From a virus (Duplodnaviria > Caudoviricetes): 44,031 bases of DNA. The translations under genes and the position numbers were made by a program. Positions 27,634 to 36,818 of this stretch are shown here, one piece after another. The stretch covers positions 1 to 44,031 of IMG/VR virus record IMGVR_UViG_3300017912_001862, one strand, 5' to 3'. How positions within the stretch are numbered: position 1 is the first letter of the stretch; each line of letters opens with the position of its first letter. Under the pieces are notes generated by a model, which made no database searches, was not told the DNA's origin, and worked only from the letters and a program-made list of their open reading frames with translations.

Positions 27634-28041
27634 TTAGCTTCTTTTATAGATATTCTCTAGAGCTTTTTTGGTTTCATTAATTGAACCTAAGTATCCCATC
27701 CTATTTGAAAGTTGTTCAGATGGTACTCTTCCAGGTTCTTCAGATTCATTTTCAGGATTATTATCTAATACCTTAAGATAATACCTTTCAATTCTTGGAT
27801 CTAACTCACTCATTGTTATGACTCTTTCCATAGGAATAATGAAAGAATCGTCATATGTAGCATGGATCCATTCTGTTAAATGGAAACCTTCAACCATTTG
27901 TCCTAGTTTTTTTGTTTTAACCATTTCAACTTTCATTGGTTTAAATACAAACAAACTTTCTTCTTCAGTAATGTAACTAACTTTAGCTACAATTTCTTCA
28001 CCGCTAGTTAATTTTATTGTTGAGTAAAATTCTTCTTCCAT
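27634..28041 (-). CDS. Sm-like protein
   Basis: TIKLTSGEEIVAKV..FKPM..EWI..DDSFIIPMERVITMSE. Confidence 0.7.
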   Translation of the reverse strand: MEEEFYSTIKLTSGEEIVAKVSYITEEESLFVFKPMKVEMVKTKKLGQMVEGFHLTEWIHATYDDSFIIPMERVITMSELDPRIERYYLKVLDNNPENESEEPGRVPSEQLSNRMGYLGSINETKKALENIYKRS

Positions 28042-28042
28042 A

Positions 28043-29506
28043 TTATTTTAATTTAATAGGTATTACTTCATACTTAAAGTTTTCTTCTTGGTAAATCTTC
28101 AATCGTTCTACCAAATGATTTAGTGTGTAATTCTGTCTAGTTTTTGTAGAAATGTCGTCAGCAATATCATACAAAGTAGCGACATCTTTTTCTCCGCCTT
28201 TACGTAAGACCCTACCAATGGACTGTAAGTTTCTTACTCTTGATTTAGATGGTGAAGCAAAAATAATGTTATCTAGTTTTTTAATGTTGATTCCTGTAGA
28301 AAATGTGCCGTAGGAAGCAATAATCACAGCATTGGATTCCTGTTCTACGATCTCTCTTACTAACTCACGATCTTCAACATCTGTGGAACCGTGTACAAAA
28401 AATACTTTTCGGTTACCTCCAATATCATTATTTATCATTTCGTATAATGGTTCACCATGCTTCTCAACGAAGTTGAACAACACTAGTGTATTGCCTTCAA
28501 TATCTCTTATTAAATTTTTAATGAGGTTATTTCTTTTGGGATGTGTAACAATGTACTCCATCTCTTCATGATAATCAGCAAAAGATTTCGACTCATGTTT
28601 ACACACAAGAACTTTTACCCTAAAGTTAGAAAGGAATCCTTGCTTGATTAGGTCATCGGTTTTAGTAACCTTCTCACAGTGCCCGAAGAGACCCTCTAGG
28701 ACCCACTTATGAGTCTTGCTACCATCTAGAGTACCTGTGAATCCAAAACGGTACTTAGCGTTGTGTAGCTTGGTCATGATCCCTGTCAATGACTTTGACT
28801 TAAATAGATGTGCTTCATCTCCGATAACACAGTCAATGTCATCAAAGTATCTTTTGGGGAACTTGTAGATTGACTGCCATGTAGAGATGACAACTGGTTT
28901 GTCAGTATTTTTATCTTTGCCTGAATATATGGTATGACAGTATTCATCGGCGTTCCATCCATAGTCTTTAAAGTCTTTAATCATCTGCTCTACTAGAGAT
29001 GTGGTAGGAACCACTAGCAGAATCTTTTTCTCAGTTGCAACATAATATCTGACGATGCTATATATCATCATCGACTTACCAGAACCTGTTGGAGACAGGA
29101 ACAGTCCTCGGTTATTCTTTAGAGCCTTGTATACGGTGGCGTACTGATAGTCTCTTGGTTTGTACTTACAAATCTTGTCCATGTAGACCTTAACGCCAGC
29201 AGGAGAGACTAAATCGTTACTCTCTTCTGGTAGACCGTACCAATCATTCTCTTCATACGAAAGTCTATACTTCCTTTCTGTACACCATTGCTTTAGGTGG
29301 GGAAGTAAACCACCATACAATTCACCTGTAGCAGGAGAGTACAGGTGAATCATTCCATCCCAGTATCTAAATCTAGGTTGTCGCTTTAAAAACTTTGCCT
29401 CTGGTAATTCAAAAGAAAAGTAATCCGCTAGTTCATGGTGTACGTGTTGCTCAGAATTGACAGTGAGGTAAACCTCATTCTTCTTCTTGACAGTAATCAG
29501 GGACAT
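28043..29506 (-). CDS. uvsW: SF2 helicase UvsW
   Basis: SPTGSGKS, GDEAH, FGFTGTL, LQSIGRVLR. Confidence 0.96.
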   Translation of the reverse strand: MSLITVKKKNEVYLTVNSEQHVHHELADYFSFELPEAKFLKRQPRFRYWDGMIHLYSPATGELYGGLLPHLKQWCTERKYRLSYEENDWYGLPEESNDLVSPAGVKVYMDKICKYKPRDYQYATVYKALKNNRGLFLSPTGSGKSMMIYSIVRYYVATEKKILLVVPTTSLVEQMIKDFKDYGWNADEYCHTIYSGKDKNTDKPVVISTWQSIYKFPKRYFDDIDCVIGDEAHLFKSKSLTGIMTKLHNAKYRFGFTGTLDGSKTHKWVLEGLFGHCEKVTKTDDLIKQGFLSNFRVKVLVCKHESKSFADYHEEMEYIVTHPKRNNLIKNLIRDIEGNTLVLFNFVEKHGEPLYEMINNDIGGNRKVFFVHGSTDVEDRELVREIVEQESNAVIIASYGTFSTGINIKKLDNIIFASPSKSRVRNLQSIGRVLRKGGEKDVATLYDIADDISTKTRQNYTLNHLVERLKIYQEENFKYEVIPIKLK

Positions 29507-29979
29507 TAGTTTCCATTAATAAACCTCTCCCATTCAATCGCGTTCTTCACATGATAATTTCTTTGAGAAATCATTTTCAAAACATTGTCTAGAAAATAAA
29601 GCATTTGATCAATATATTTGATCTTTGCCTCTTGGTTAATGATGTCATCGTCCGACTCAAGATAAACTTTCATCTTGTCGGCGGTTTTAATACTGGATCC
29701 GAATGGTTTTTCAGCGTATACTTTTGCTTCAGCCTCCCCGCTGTAATACTCTCGTTTTTCTCGGACCAATTTACGGACTTCAAATTCCAGACTAGTTTTA
29801 ATCTGTGAAAGATCGGTGTAATGGTTTAAGTATTTATTATGCTGGAAAGGGATCTCCATTGAGATTTTTCCTAGATCTGCTGTGTAATTTTTGTTTTTGA
29901 ATTCAAAGTCAACATGACTATCTTCTGCCCACTCTGCTTTAATTTTTTCAAACTTGGTATGTAATTGGTCAAATTTCAT
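29506..29979 (-). CDS. uvsY: Recombination mediator UvsY
   Basis: IPFQHNKYL..EYYSG..RNYHVKNAIEW; synteny. Confidence 0.9.
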   Translation of the reverse strand: MKFDQLHTKFEKIKAEWAEDSHVDFEFKNKNYTADLGKISMEIPFQHNKYLNHYTDLSQIKTSLEFEVRKLVREKREYYSGEAEAKVYAEKPFGSSIKTADKMKVYLESDDDIINQEAKIKYIDQMLYFLDNVLKMISQRNYHVKNAIEWERFINGN

Positions 29980-30488
29980 TGAATAAATGATTTATCACGA
30001 ATGGTATATCCAGTATACTTGAAATTGACTTGAGCTGTAAAGTATTCAACATCGCTAGATGAAGCATCAAAATTCATCTCAGATATACTAATTGGAAATA
30101 GATTTTCAAAATCAATTACATGATTTACATTATATGATGATGTGTAAATTAAAAGTTGTCCGCCACTGTATTCTGGTTCTATGGTTGGCATATGTTCTTC
30201 AGACACACCATTTTGTCTAATCCAATCAAAAATTGATTTCCAATTTATCAGTTCCTCATCAACAATAAATGAAACTGAAAAGTCCCCATATTCTACCCCG
30301 CCACCAGCTACGATAGGAAATTGACGAAACCTTGTTGGGACTTCGGTGAAAGGCATAGAAACATCAGGGAGATTTACTCTCTGGCAAAAGAAATCTACCC
30401 CTCTAAATTTTTCTAACTGGAGTTTGAATCCAATTGGAGAGAGGTAGTTTCTATTGCTAATCTGTTCCTTGTACCAATCGGCAGGCAT
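29976..30488 (-). CDS. gp3: Tail completion/sheath stabiliser (T4 gp3-like)
   Basis: NRNYLSPIGF..FFCQRVNLP..FIVDEEL.NW..LFPISIS; GATAAATA at 30510-30517. Confidence 0.85.
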   Translation of the reverse strand: MPADWYKEQISNRNYLSPIGFKLQLEKFRGVDFFCQRVNLPDVSMPFTEVPTRFRQFPIVAGGGVEYGDFSVSFIVDEELINWKSIFDWIRQNGVSEEHMPTIEPEYSGGQLLIYTSSYNVNHVIDFENLFPISISEMNFDASSSDVEYFTAQVNFKYTGYTIRDKSFIQ

Positions 30489-30508
30489 AAATCAATTTCC
30501 AAGCAAAA

Positions 30509-30649
30509 CTATTTATCCTCATTAAACCAGAAGTCTTCCCAGTCCTCGGCATCACCATCGTAGATTGGACATGGTTCTTCCATAAGAATATCAGTCTTCA
30601 TCTTGATTGCTTTTTCCATTAAAGCATCGATAAAATCTAAATCTTTCAT
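30509..30649 (-). CDS. 46-aa acidic hypothetical protein (not in the ORF track)
   Basis: MKDLDFIDALMEKAIKMKTDILMEEPCPIYDGDAEDWEDFWFNEDK; ATGA-coupled. Confidence 0.6.
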   Translation of the reverse strand: MKDLDFIDALMEKAIKMKTDILMEEPCPIYDGDAEDWEDFWFNEDK

Positions 30650-30810
30650 TGTCTATATTCTTGTAAAATATCTAAAACTTTATTTAAGGCATCGTGGGCA
30701 CCATCGTGCCATAGTCCTGGTTTTTCTTTGTGCTCTCCATTATATAATGAAGTTTTCAACTTATAAATCCTGGCAAGCATGTCTGCTTTTAACATGATAC
30801 TCCTTGGCAT
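30646..30810 (-). CDS. 54-aa hypothetical protein (not in the ORF track)
   Basis: MPRSIMLKADMLARIYKLK...WHDGAHDALNKVLDILQEYRQ; TTAAATA at 30832-30838. Confidence 0.7.
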   Translation of the reverse strand: MPRSIMLKADMLARIYKLKTSLYNGEHKEKPGLWHDGAHDALNKVLDILQEYRQ

Positions 30811-30842
30811 AAAACATAATACCATATTACCTATTTAAGCAT

Positions 30843-30868
30843 AAAAAAAGGGTGCCTTTCGGCACCCT
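30843..30868 (-). terminator. Terminator after the major capsid gene
   Basis: AGGGTGCC-GAAA-GGCACCCT followed by TTTTTT. Confidence 0.92.
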
Positions 30869-30889
30869 GTGTTCATATCGTGACAGAAA

Positions 30890-32296
30890 TCACATGAGGT
30901 TGGTGACCTGAACACGACGGTAGTACATGTTGGTGTTGGCGGTGAGGGTCTCACCGTCAGGAGTACCATTGTAAGCACCGTTAGTGGTAACAAATGGGTT
31001 GGAAACCATGCCGTAACGAGTCTTGAAGCCAATCTTGGGCTGGAAGTTGTTAGGATCGATGGAACGAACCATTTGGAGGGGAACGTAAGGACAGTAGAAG
31101 AGTCCAGCGTCATAAGGGGAGGTGCCCTTATAACCCATTACGTAGTAGTGCTTGTCGCTTAGGTTAGCGGAATAAGGATCGACATAGACCTTGATTCTGC
31201 CGTTGATAGTACCAACAGCAAGGTTGCCAGTGTCATCAACAGTACCGATGGCAGGACCACCAGCGCCAGTGAGACCAGAGGAGTAATCAAGGACGCCAGC
31301 CATAGCGAGGGCGGAAGCAACATCAGCAGAGCAGATGAGGAAGTTGCCCTTTCCACGACGAGTCTCTTGGGCGATAGCGTTAGCGTCACGCTCAATCTGG
31401 AAGAGAAGACCCTTGAATTTCTCAACAGACCAACGACCGTTGCTGTCAACGTCGAGGTCGAAGATACCAGCGTTAGCAACGTTGTTCTGAGCACCAGGCT
31501 TAGCAACGCTGTAAACACGACGGACGACTTCACGGTTGATCTCAGCAAGGACTTCGCTAGAAAGGATGTTAGCGAGTTCTTGCTCAGCATCTAGACCATG
31601 GATCGCCTTGAGGTCTTGAGCGAGTTCCAAGGTGTACTCAGCTTTGAGTGCTCTGGACTTAGCGGTCACAGAGGTCTTCTCGATGCTGAAGGACATCTCA
31701 CGGAACAACTTGCCAGCATCGCCAGCTTGCTCAAGATCTTCTCTAGAGAAACCACGGGGAACCTCATAGGTTCCAGGGGAGGAATCGTTGAGGAGAGCAG
31801 GGTTGTTACCTTCTGCGTCGCCACCGACACCAGCGCCTGTACGGGGAACATAGTCACCAGCGTTAGCGTCGAGACCAGCAGTGAATCCAGCATCAGGTTC
31901 GTTGAACAGTGCCTCTTCGCCGCCTTGGTTCTCGTAGCGAGATCTCATAGCGAAGATAAGACCAGAGGGACCAGACATAGGCTGGACACCACATACGTCA
32001 TATGCCATGAGGTTAGGCATAGCACGACGAACGAGGCTGATTAGAACGGGATCGAAACCAGCAAGACCAGCGGTGTTGTTGGAAGCGAGTGCCGAACCAG
32101 CAGGGGATACGGTGCTAGCGCCTAGTGAGTTTACGGCGACCTCATTGATCATGCCGCGCTCTTCACGAAGAGCTCTTTCTTGGTTTTCCAGGAGTACAGA
32201 GGTTACTGCTCTCTTGTAGCGATCCTGGATTTCAGGAGCTTCGCCATGGTTAAGAACAGGGGACCACTTTTCCTGGAGATGGGATGCGTTAAACAT
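30890..32296 (-). CDS. gp23: Major capsid protein (T4 gp23)
   Basis: CGVQPMSGPSGLIFAMR, KSRALKAEYTLELAQDLKAIHGLDAE, FKTRYG; CTAAATA at 32340-32346. Confidence 0.99.
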   Translation of the reverse strand: MFNASHLQEKWSPVLNHGEAPEIQDRYKRAVTSVLLENQERALREERGMINEVAVNSLGASTVSPAGSALASNNTAGLAGFDPVLISLVRRAMPNLMAYDVCGVQPMSGPSGLIFAMRSRYENQGGEEALFNEPDAGFTAGLDANAGDYVPRTGAGVGGDAEGNNPALLNDSSPGTYEVPRGFSREDLEQAGDAGKLFREMSFSIEKTSVTAKSRALKAEYTLELAQDLKAIHGLDAEQELANILSSEVLAEINREVVRRVYSVAKPGAQNNVANAGIFDLDVDSNGRWSVEKFKGLLFQIERDANAIAQETRRGKGNFLICSADVASALAMAGVLDYSSGLTGAGGPAIGTVDDTGNLAVGTINGRIKVYVDPYSANLSDKHYYVMGYKGTSPYDAGLFYCPYVPLQMVRSIDPNNFQPKIGFKTRYGMVSNPFVTTNGAYNGTPDGETLTANTNMYYRRVQVTNLM

Positions 32297-32350
32297 TTTT
32301 ATCTCCGAGATTGGATGGGTTAAGGAAATGTGATGTAATTATTTAGTAAA

Positions 32351-33526
32351 TCACTTACCCCAGCGGTTCATTGCCTGAAGGTATGCTGCCATTGCTGGAG
32401 CAATTTCTTCGGATTCCACTGGTGTTTCGTCGGCAACTACTTTAGGAGCACCTTCTTTAGGGAAGTATGATTCCTTAATAGTGTTAAGTTTCTTAGAGAA
32501 TTCCTCCTCGTTAGTAAACTCAACTCCCTCAGCAAGGGATGCTAGTTTGTCTTTTTGTGTGTCTACTAGATCTTCGGCAATTTGCTTGACGATGATTTGC
32601 TTAGCAGACTCATTAAGACGATTTTGAAGTTCAATATTAGCTTTGACCTGTTCGTCAAGGCGTTCTTCCATCTTACAAAGATCTTCAGTTAGTCCTTCGA
32701 GAACGTCTACTTTCTCGTCAGGAACATTAATGTAGTGTGTTTCAAAGAGATTCTTAAGACCAACAATAAAGTCTTCAGTAATCTCATTTCTGATTCCACG
32801 ATCAACAGCAACTTGATTTTCTTCAAGCCACTTGCTGATAGCGTAGTTGACAGTGCCGTTAACTTCTTCAGCAAGTTCTTTCTTAACGCCTTCAACTTGC
32901 TCTTCTAGTTGTGTCTTGTAGTGCTCTTCGAGTTTAGTCCACTCCTCAGATAACTTAGACTTAACAGCAGCTTCAAAAATTGTTTTTGCTTTTTCAGCAA
33001 ACTCTTCTGATAGTTCGGTGCCCTCAGTTAGAGCAGCGACATCACTAGATACGTCGAGATCTTCAAACTTGGGTTTGATGGGATATGTTACGCTACCACC
33101 TTCCTTGGTTCCATAAGCAATCTCACTGCCGAACTTAGGAGCAGTGCCGTTAGGAAGATCTGTGTTAGAAGCGCCACGGTTTGGTTCGCCAGAAATGCCA
33201 CCAGAAATAGGAGCAGCAGCCTTAGCACCAGGATTCTCATCACCATCTTCATCATGCTCATGTGGTGTAGTTGTTACACTATTAACTTCAGCAGGTGCTT
33301 TCTGACCGATAGCAATGCTGGGTTGTAATGGAGCAGCGTGTCCTGTAGCACCTTCGCCAGAAGCAGCTTTGGCGTTTACAGCAGTTTGTGATTGACCTGA
33401 AGCAGCGGCTTCACCAGGAATAACAGCAGCAGTAACGGTTGGCATTGGATCTTGTCCTGCCTCAGCGAGGACTGCTGCGTGCTCACTGGCAAACTCCTCA
33501 AACTTTTCGTTTAACATATCTGACAT
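32351..33526 (-). CDS. gp22: Prohead scaffold (T4 gp22)
   Basis: ELSEEFAEKAKTIFEAAV, KLASLAEGVEF; CATAAATA at 33565-33572. Confidence 0.95.
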   Translation of the reverse strand: MSDMLNEKFEEFASEHAAVLAEAGQDPMPTVTAAVIPGEAAASGQSQTAVNAKAASGEGATGHAAPLQPSIAIGQKAPAEVNSVTTTPHEHDEDGDENPGAKAAAPISGGISGEPNRGASNTDLPNGTAPKFGSEIAYGTKEGGSVTYPIKPKFEDLDVSSDVAALTEGTELSEEFAEKAKTIFEAAVKSKLSEEWTKLEEHYKTQLEEQVEGVKKELAEEVNGTVNYAISKWLEENQVAVDRGIRNEITEDFIVGLKNLFETHYINVPDEKVDVLEGLTEDLCKMEERLDEQVKANIELQNRLNESAKQIIVKQIAEDLVDTQKDKLASLAEGVEFTNEEEFSKKLNTIKESYFPKEGAPKVVADETPVESEEIAPAMAAYLQAMNRWGK

Positions 33527-33575
33527 TTGAGTTTTCCTCGATTGTATCTAGTATATTCTAAATTTATTTATGATA

Positions 33576-34220
33576 TCAAAGATTTGAAAGGAACTGATCG
33601 AAAGCGGAAAGAATTTTTTCCTCTAATTCGATTTTGGATGACCTATCAATATTATCTTTTAATTCTTGGATTTGTTTCTCACGAAGGATTCCTCCTTCCC
33701 AAACCCATTCTTTTCCTTCCATAATTCCATTAACAAAAGCATCAGGAGCAGAAGGATCTGCTACAATATCAGCAGCAGTAGCAAGCATAAAGTCTTCACC
33801 GACATATTTAACGCCATTCTCTTCTTTAAGAGATCCCATACCTCTAGAAGAAACTCCTAGTTTTACACCCTCACCAAGAAGATTCTTGGCAATAGTTCCC
33901 ATAGGAGTATCTAAAACTCTTGCTTTACCAATAAAATTATTTCCTTCTGCCCTTAATGATGTGATCTTGTGTGATACACGATCAAGATTAACAGTAGGTC
34001 CATCTGGATGACCAAGTTCTCCAAGTGCTCTGCCTGGTTTTACATATTCTTCGTTATAACGATTAACTTCCTTTTCAAGAACACTGAATGGGTAAACTCT
34101 TCCATTTCGGTTTTTAATTTCCGACTGAAGAAATACACCTTCGATGTAAAGGTGTTTTTTACCATCTTTATCCTCGGTTAGGATTTGGATGTCTTCTATG
34201 CTCTCTGTAATTAGTTTCAT
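33576..34220 (-). CDS. gp21: Prohead protease (T4 gp21)
   Basis: ALGELGHP, GVSSRGMGS, DIVADPSAPDA. Confidence 0.97.
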   Translation of the reverse strand: MKLITESIEDIQILTEDKDGKKHLYIEGVFLQSEIKNRNGRVYPFSVLEKEVNRYNEEYVKPGRALGELGHPDGPTVNLDRVSHKITSLRAEGNNFIGKARVLDTPMGTIAKNLLGEGVKLGVSSRGMGSLKEENGVKYVGEDFMLATAADIVADPSAPDAFVNGIMEGKEWVWEGGILREKQIQELKDNIDRSSKIELEEKILSAFDQFLSNL

Positions 34221-34411
34221 TGTTCTTCGGGAATTTCTCCAGTTGGTTCATCAAAGAATGTATCAGCTACAGTTCTTTTATATGTATCAATAGTTCCAGA
34301 CGCCTTGGCGTATAGAATATCATGGATCTTATCTAAAGCGTCTGCTCTTTTTTTGTCAGCAATTAAATTGACAACGTTAAGAACTTCAGAATCTAGTGGT
34401 TGGTCACTCAT
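34217..34411 (-). CDS. Small prohead core protein (gp67/68 position)
   Basis: 64 aa between portal and protease; GATAAATA at 34434-34441. Confidence 0.7.
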   Translation of the reverse strand: MSDQPLDSEVLNVVNLIADKKRADALDKIHDILYAKASGTIDTYKRTVADTFFDEPTGEIPEEQ

Positions 34412-34432
34412 AATAATAGTTAAAGATATTAA

Positions 34433-36112
34433 TTATTTATCAGAATTGTTTTTTGGTGCTGGAGAGGGTTTTGGTAATGCCTTCATTTTTTCAATCTCTC
34501 TTTCTTGAGCATCGTCTGCTGCTTGAGCATCAATCTCTGGAGCAAAAGCATCATTTTGACGATCCATAGTATCAAACATATTGATATCGGCAGGATCCAT
34601 AGCAACACCAGAAGCAATGTCACCCTTCATTTGCTTATCAAGTTCCTTCATTTCTTTATCAGTTTGACCAAGAATCTGACGACGAATATAATCAACTGAA
34701 AAATACTTTCCGACAAAAGGATCCATTTGAGTAACGAGAGCGAGACGTTGAGTCATCATCTCTTGTTCTTTCAATTCGTTGAAATGATTGTCAAACAAGA
34801 AGTCATACTGAATATGCTCTTCCATGTCTTCCCAATCTTCTGGAGCAATTACTCCTTTGAGGATGAGTTGAGTTTTGAGAAGATCGTGAAATAGTTCGCT
34901 AAATCTTTTACGTAATCTTCCGATAAACTTGGCGAACTTAAGTTCGTCACGAAGGACTTCAGTGGTTTTACCGAGGTTAAATCCTTTGTTATCGTCTGTA
35001 AGTCTAGAAGGGGGAAGATTGAGAGAGTTATAAAGCTTCTTTTTAAAATACTCAACGTCTTTAAGTTCGCCAAGGTTCTGTCCGCCAGGTAGAGTTGTGA
35101 TCTCAGTACCACGTCCACCCTCTCTACGAGGCAACCAGAAATCCTCTAGCATACTCATATGCTTTTTGTCATCACGAATTTCTCCAGTGCTGGCATCGTA
35201 AACAAGTTTGTTACGATAACGTGCCATCACATCACGGAGATATTGTTCCGCTTTGACTTTAGGTAGATTGCCAACATCGATGTAAAAAATTCTACGCTCA
35301 GGAGCACGTGACAATCTGTAGATAACAAGAGAGTCTTCAATCATACGAAGCTGATTGAGTGACTTGATTGCTTTATGTAAGAAACTTAAAGGTTGCTTCT
35401 TGTTCAGATCCATCAAACCTGAGTTACACTTAGCAATAGAATCCGCTGCCATCTTGATTCCATTTGAAGAAGCGAAATCAAATGTAGCGTTGACGGTCAT
35501 GGCATTAGCATAACCTTTGGGATTGTAAATATAATAATCAATATAATCTCCCCAGTCATACTCAAGAGCAGTTCCTTTTGCTCCTTGAGTTGTTGCTTCA
35601 GGACTTTTAATTTTTTGTCTTACTTTACGTAACTTGAGAGGATCGATGTAACGAAGCTCTAGGATACCACGCTTGGGTTTATCTAAATCTATAACTTTAT
35701 GGTAATATGTACGACCGTCGATGTACCAAGTCCTAATGATTTGGTGAGCATTCTTGTCGAAATTTAAAAGTCTTTTGATGTAGTTAAACTCATCTCTAAT
35801 TTTTTTCTTTACACCAGCACTGACATCAAGATTAGATAACTCAATTTCTACTGGAGAATCGTCAGCATCACTAACAACAAATTCATTGACAATTTCATCG
35901 ATAGCAGAATCACATTCTGGATGAAGCGCCATGTCTCTATAACGCTTAATCAACTCATATTCGTTTCTACCTTGTGAGCCATCAACATCCACATATGTAC
36001 CAAAATGACCCCCAGCTGCTACAGCTACGGAGTCATCTTGATTTGGTGGGATAGGGGATTGACCCCTATCCTCACCATTCTTATTAATAATAAAACCGAA
36101 AAGTTGACTCAT
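34433..36112 (-). CDS. gp20: Portal protein (T4 gp20)
   Basis: YRLSRAPERRIFYIDVGNLP, EDFWLPRREGGRGTEI; AATAAATA at 36140-36147. Confidence 0.99.
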   Translation of the reverse strand: MSQLFGFIINKNGEDRGQSPIPPNQDDSVAVAAGGHFGTYVDVDGSQGRNEYELIKRYRDMALHPECDSAIDEIVNEFVVSDADDSPVEIELSNLDVSAGVKKKIRDEFNYIKRLLNFDKNAHQIIRTWYIDGRTYYHKVIDLDKPKRGILELRYIDPLKLRKVRQKIKSPEATTQGAKGTALEYDWGDYIDYYIYNPKGYANAMTVNATFDFASSNGIKMAADSIAKCNSGLMDLNKKQPLSFLHKAIKSLNQLRMIEDSLVIYRLSRAPERRIFYIDVGNLPKVKAEQYLRDVMARYRNKLVYDASTGEIRDDKKHMSMLEDFWLPRREGGRGTEITTLPGGQNLGELKDVEYFKKKLYNSLNLPPSRLTDDNKGFNLGKTTEVLRDELKFAKFIGRLRKRFSELFHDLLKTQLILKGVIAPEDWEDMEEHIQYDFLFDNHFNELKEQEMMTQRLALVTQMDPFVGKYFSVDYIRRQILGQTDKEMKELDKQMKGDIASGVAMDPADINMFDTMDRQNDAFAPEIDAQAADDAQEREIEKMKALPKPSPAPKNNSDK

Positions 36113-36150
36113 CTCAATAGATCTATTTTCCTATAGATCTATTTATTATA

Positions 36151-36783
36151 TCAAAGTTCAACTACTTTTTGAGCACCATCTCTGTCACTAGCTACTCCAC
36201 CATCTAGATTGCTAGAAGAAGGAGTTCCAACCAACCAATAAGAATATTGGAATTCTACAGAGAATTCTTCAACCTGATCATTGCTATCATAAGCAAGATC
36301 AATTTGAGAAACGTTAGTTGGGAAAGCGTGCTTGAGAGTATACTCTCTAAGAACTTGACCGCCTTCAACACCATGCTTTTCGAGTTGCTTGACTTTAACA
36401 TCACACATGTAACCATCACCTTGATTGGGGATAAAGTTAGGCGAGAAGTTACCTTCATGTGTGTTCATGGACTCTAACCATGACTCGAAATAAGAACGAA
36501 TCATCATGTCCTTATCATTAAAGAAAGTAGCAGTCCAAGTATCGAAAGTACGATCACCAGCGATCTTGACTGTTCTACCACGAAAAGGAACTTCGATTAC
36601 TCCGAGATTTGAAGCAGGAAGGGCAGCGGATTTACAGAGAACATTAATCAAATCTTTCTCTGTAGCGTCTGAAGGAACACCACCTACTAGGTTTCCAGCA
36701 GGCCATTGAATATCAATGGAGAACATATTGGGCTTGACGCCCTGCCCAATATTCTGAATGAAGTTGTTAATACGAGTTGCCAT
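36151..36783 (-). CDS. gp19: Tail tube protein (T4 gp19)
   Basis: VPFRGRTVKIAGDRTFDTW, FPTNVSQIDL. Confidence 0.96.
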   Translation of the reverse strand: MATRINNFIQNIGQGVKPNMFSIDIQWPAGNLVGGVPSDATEKDLINVLCKSAALPASNLGVIEVPFRGRTVKIAGDRTFDTWTATFFNDKDMMIRSYFESWLESMNTHEGNFSPNFIPNQGDGYMCDVKVKQLEKHGVEGGQVLREYTLKHAFPTNVSQIDLAYDSNDQVEEFSVEFQYSYWLVGTPSSSNLDGGVASDRDGAQKVVEL

Positions 36784-36818
36784 TTTTGATTTCCTCTAAA
36801 TGTTTGTGAATATAATTA

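Noticed and set aside
30835-31113. 92-aa minus-strand ORF overlapping the end of gp23
   Set aside because: Alternative frame that runs through the gp23 terminator; no frameshift signal or start context noticed
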